A stretch of DNA of 31,748 nucleotides, taken from positions 1 to 31,748 of the IMG/VR virus record IMGVR_UViG_3300024581_003596, one strand, 5' to 3'. Each line of letters opens with the position of its first letter. Position 1 is the first letter of the stretch. The stretch is from a virus. The notes under the pieces are model-generated. The model ran no database searches and had not been told where the DNA came from. It worked only from the letters and a program-made list of their open reading frames with translations. The translations under genes and the position numbers were made by a program. This document shows positions 31,721 through 31,748 of the stretch, piece by piece.

Positions 31721-31748
31721 TTTATTCGTTTTTATGTAGGTACGTCAC
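31651..31748. repeat. Terminal direct repeat, copy 2 (identical to 1-98)
   Basis: 98/98 nt identity read directly. Confidence 0.95.

Overview
The window is one complete tailed-phage genome. Its first 98 nt are identical to its last 98 nt, which indicates a circular or circularly permuted assembly with a 31,650-bp unique unit. The sequence is visibly AT-rich.

All ~50 credible genes lie on the minus strand and are tightly packed, with many ATGA/TAATG overlaps. The plus-strand ORFs in the track are shadows of these genes.

**Early region, minus strand 28179 -> 19017:**
- small unknown genes
- a DnaA-domain-IV-like protein
- a translationally coupled nucleotide-modification module: small helical protein, SAM methyltransferase-like protein, dCMP-hydroxymethylase-like ThyA homologue, MazG-like pyrophosphatase and a PD-(D/E)XK-like protein
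- replisome organiser with internal iterons, and a DnaB-C/RecA-fold ATPase
- NinG-like protein
- Rad52/Sak-like annealase with a YqaJ-like exonuclease
- a DUF736-like protein carrying an SSB-type tail
- an ECF-like sigma factor

**Late region, 19014 -> window junction -> 28323:**
- TerS and TerL
- neck and tail proteins and a tape-measure-like protein
- XkdF-like protease, scaffold and HK97-type capsid protein
- portal-MuF fusion
- beta-helix tailspike and two tandem LamG paralogues
- lysis cassette: 2-TMD protein, holin, amidase and unimolecular spanin
- a metallophosphoesterase followed by a strong terminator

**Host and lifestyle.** TAnnTTTG -7 boxes, A-rich leaders and the absence of Shine-Dalgarno sites point to a Bacteroidota host, probably Flavobacteriia. 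I saw no integrase, repressor, tRNA, CRISPR array or reverse transcriptase.

**Most interesting observations:**
1. The cytosine-modification module, whose gene composition is unusual.
2. A GC-rich pseudoknotted leader in front of that module. It also carries an inverted copy of the early-gene leader motif.
3. An in-frame TGA followed by a 64-codon ATG-less extension in the gene after the capsid gene.
4. Four copies of a palindrome-containing promoter/leader cassette, each driving a small stand-alone gene.

All functional calls come from motif recognition by eye. No database search was run.
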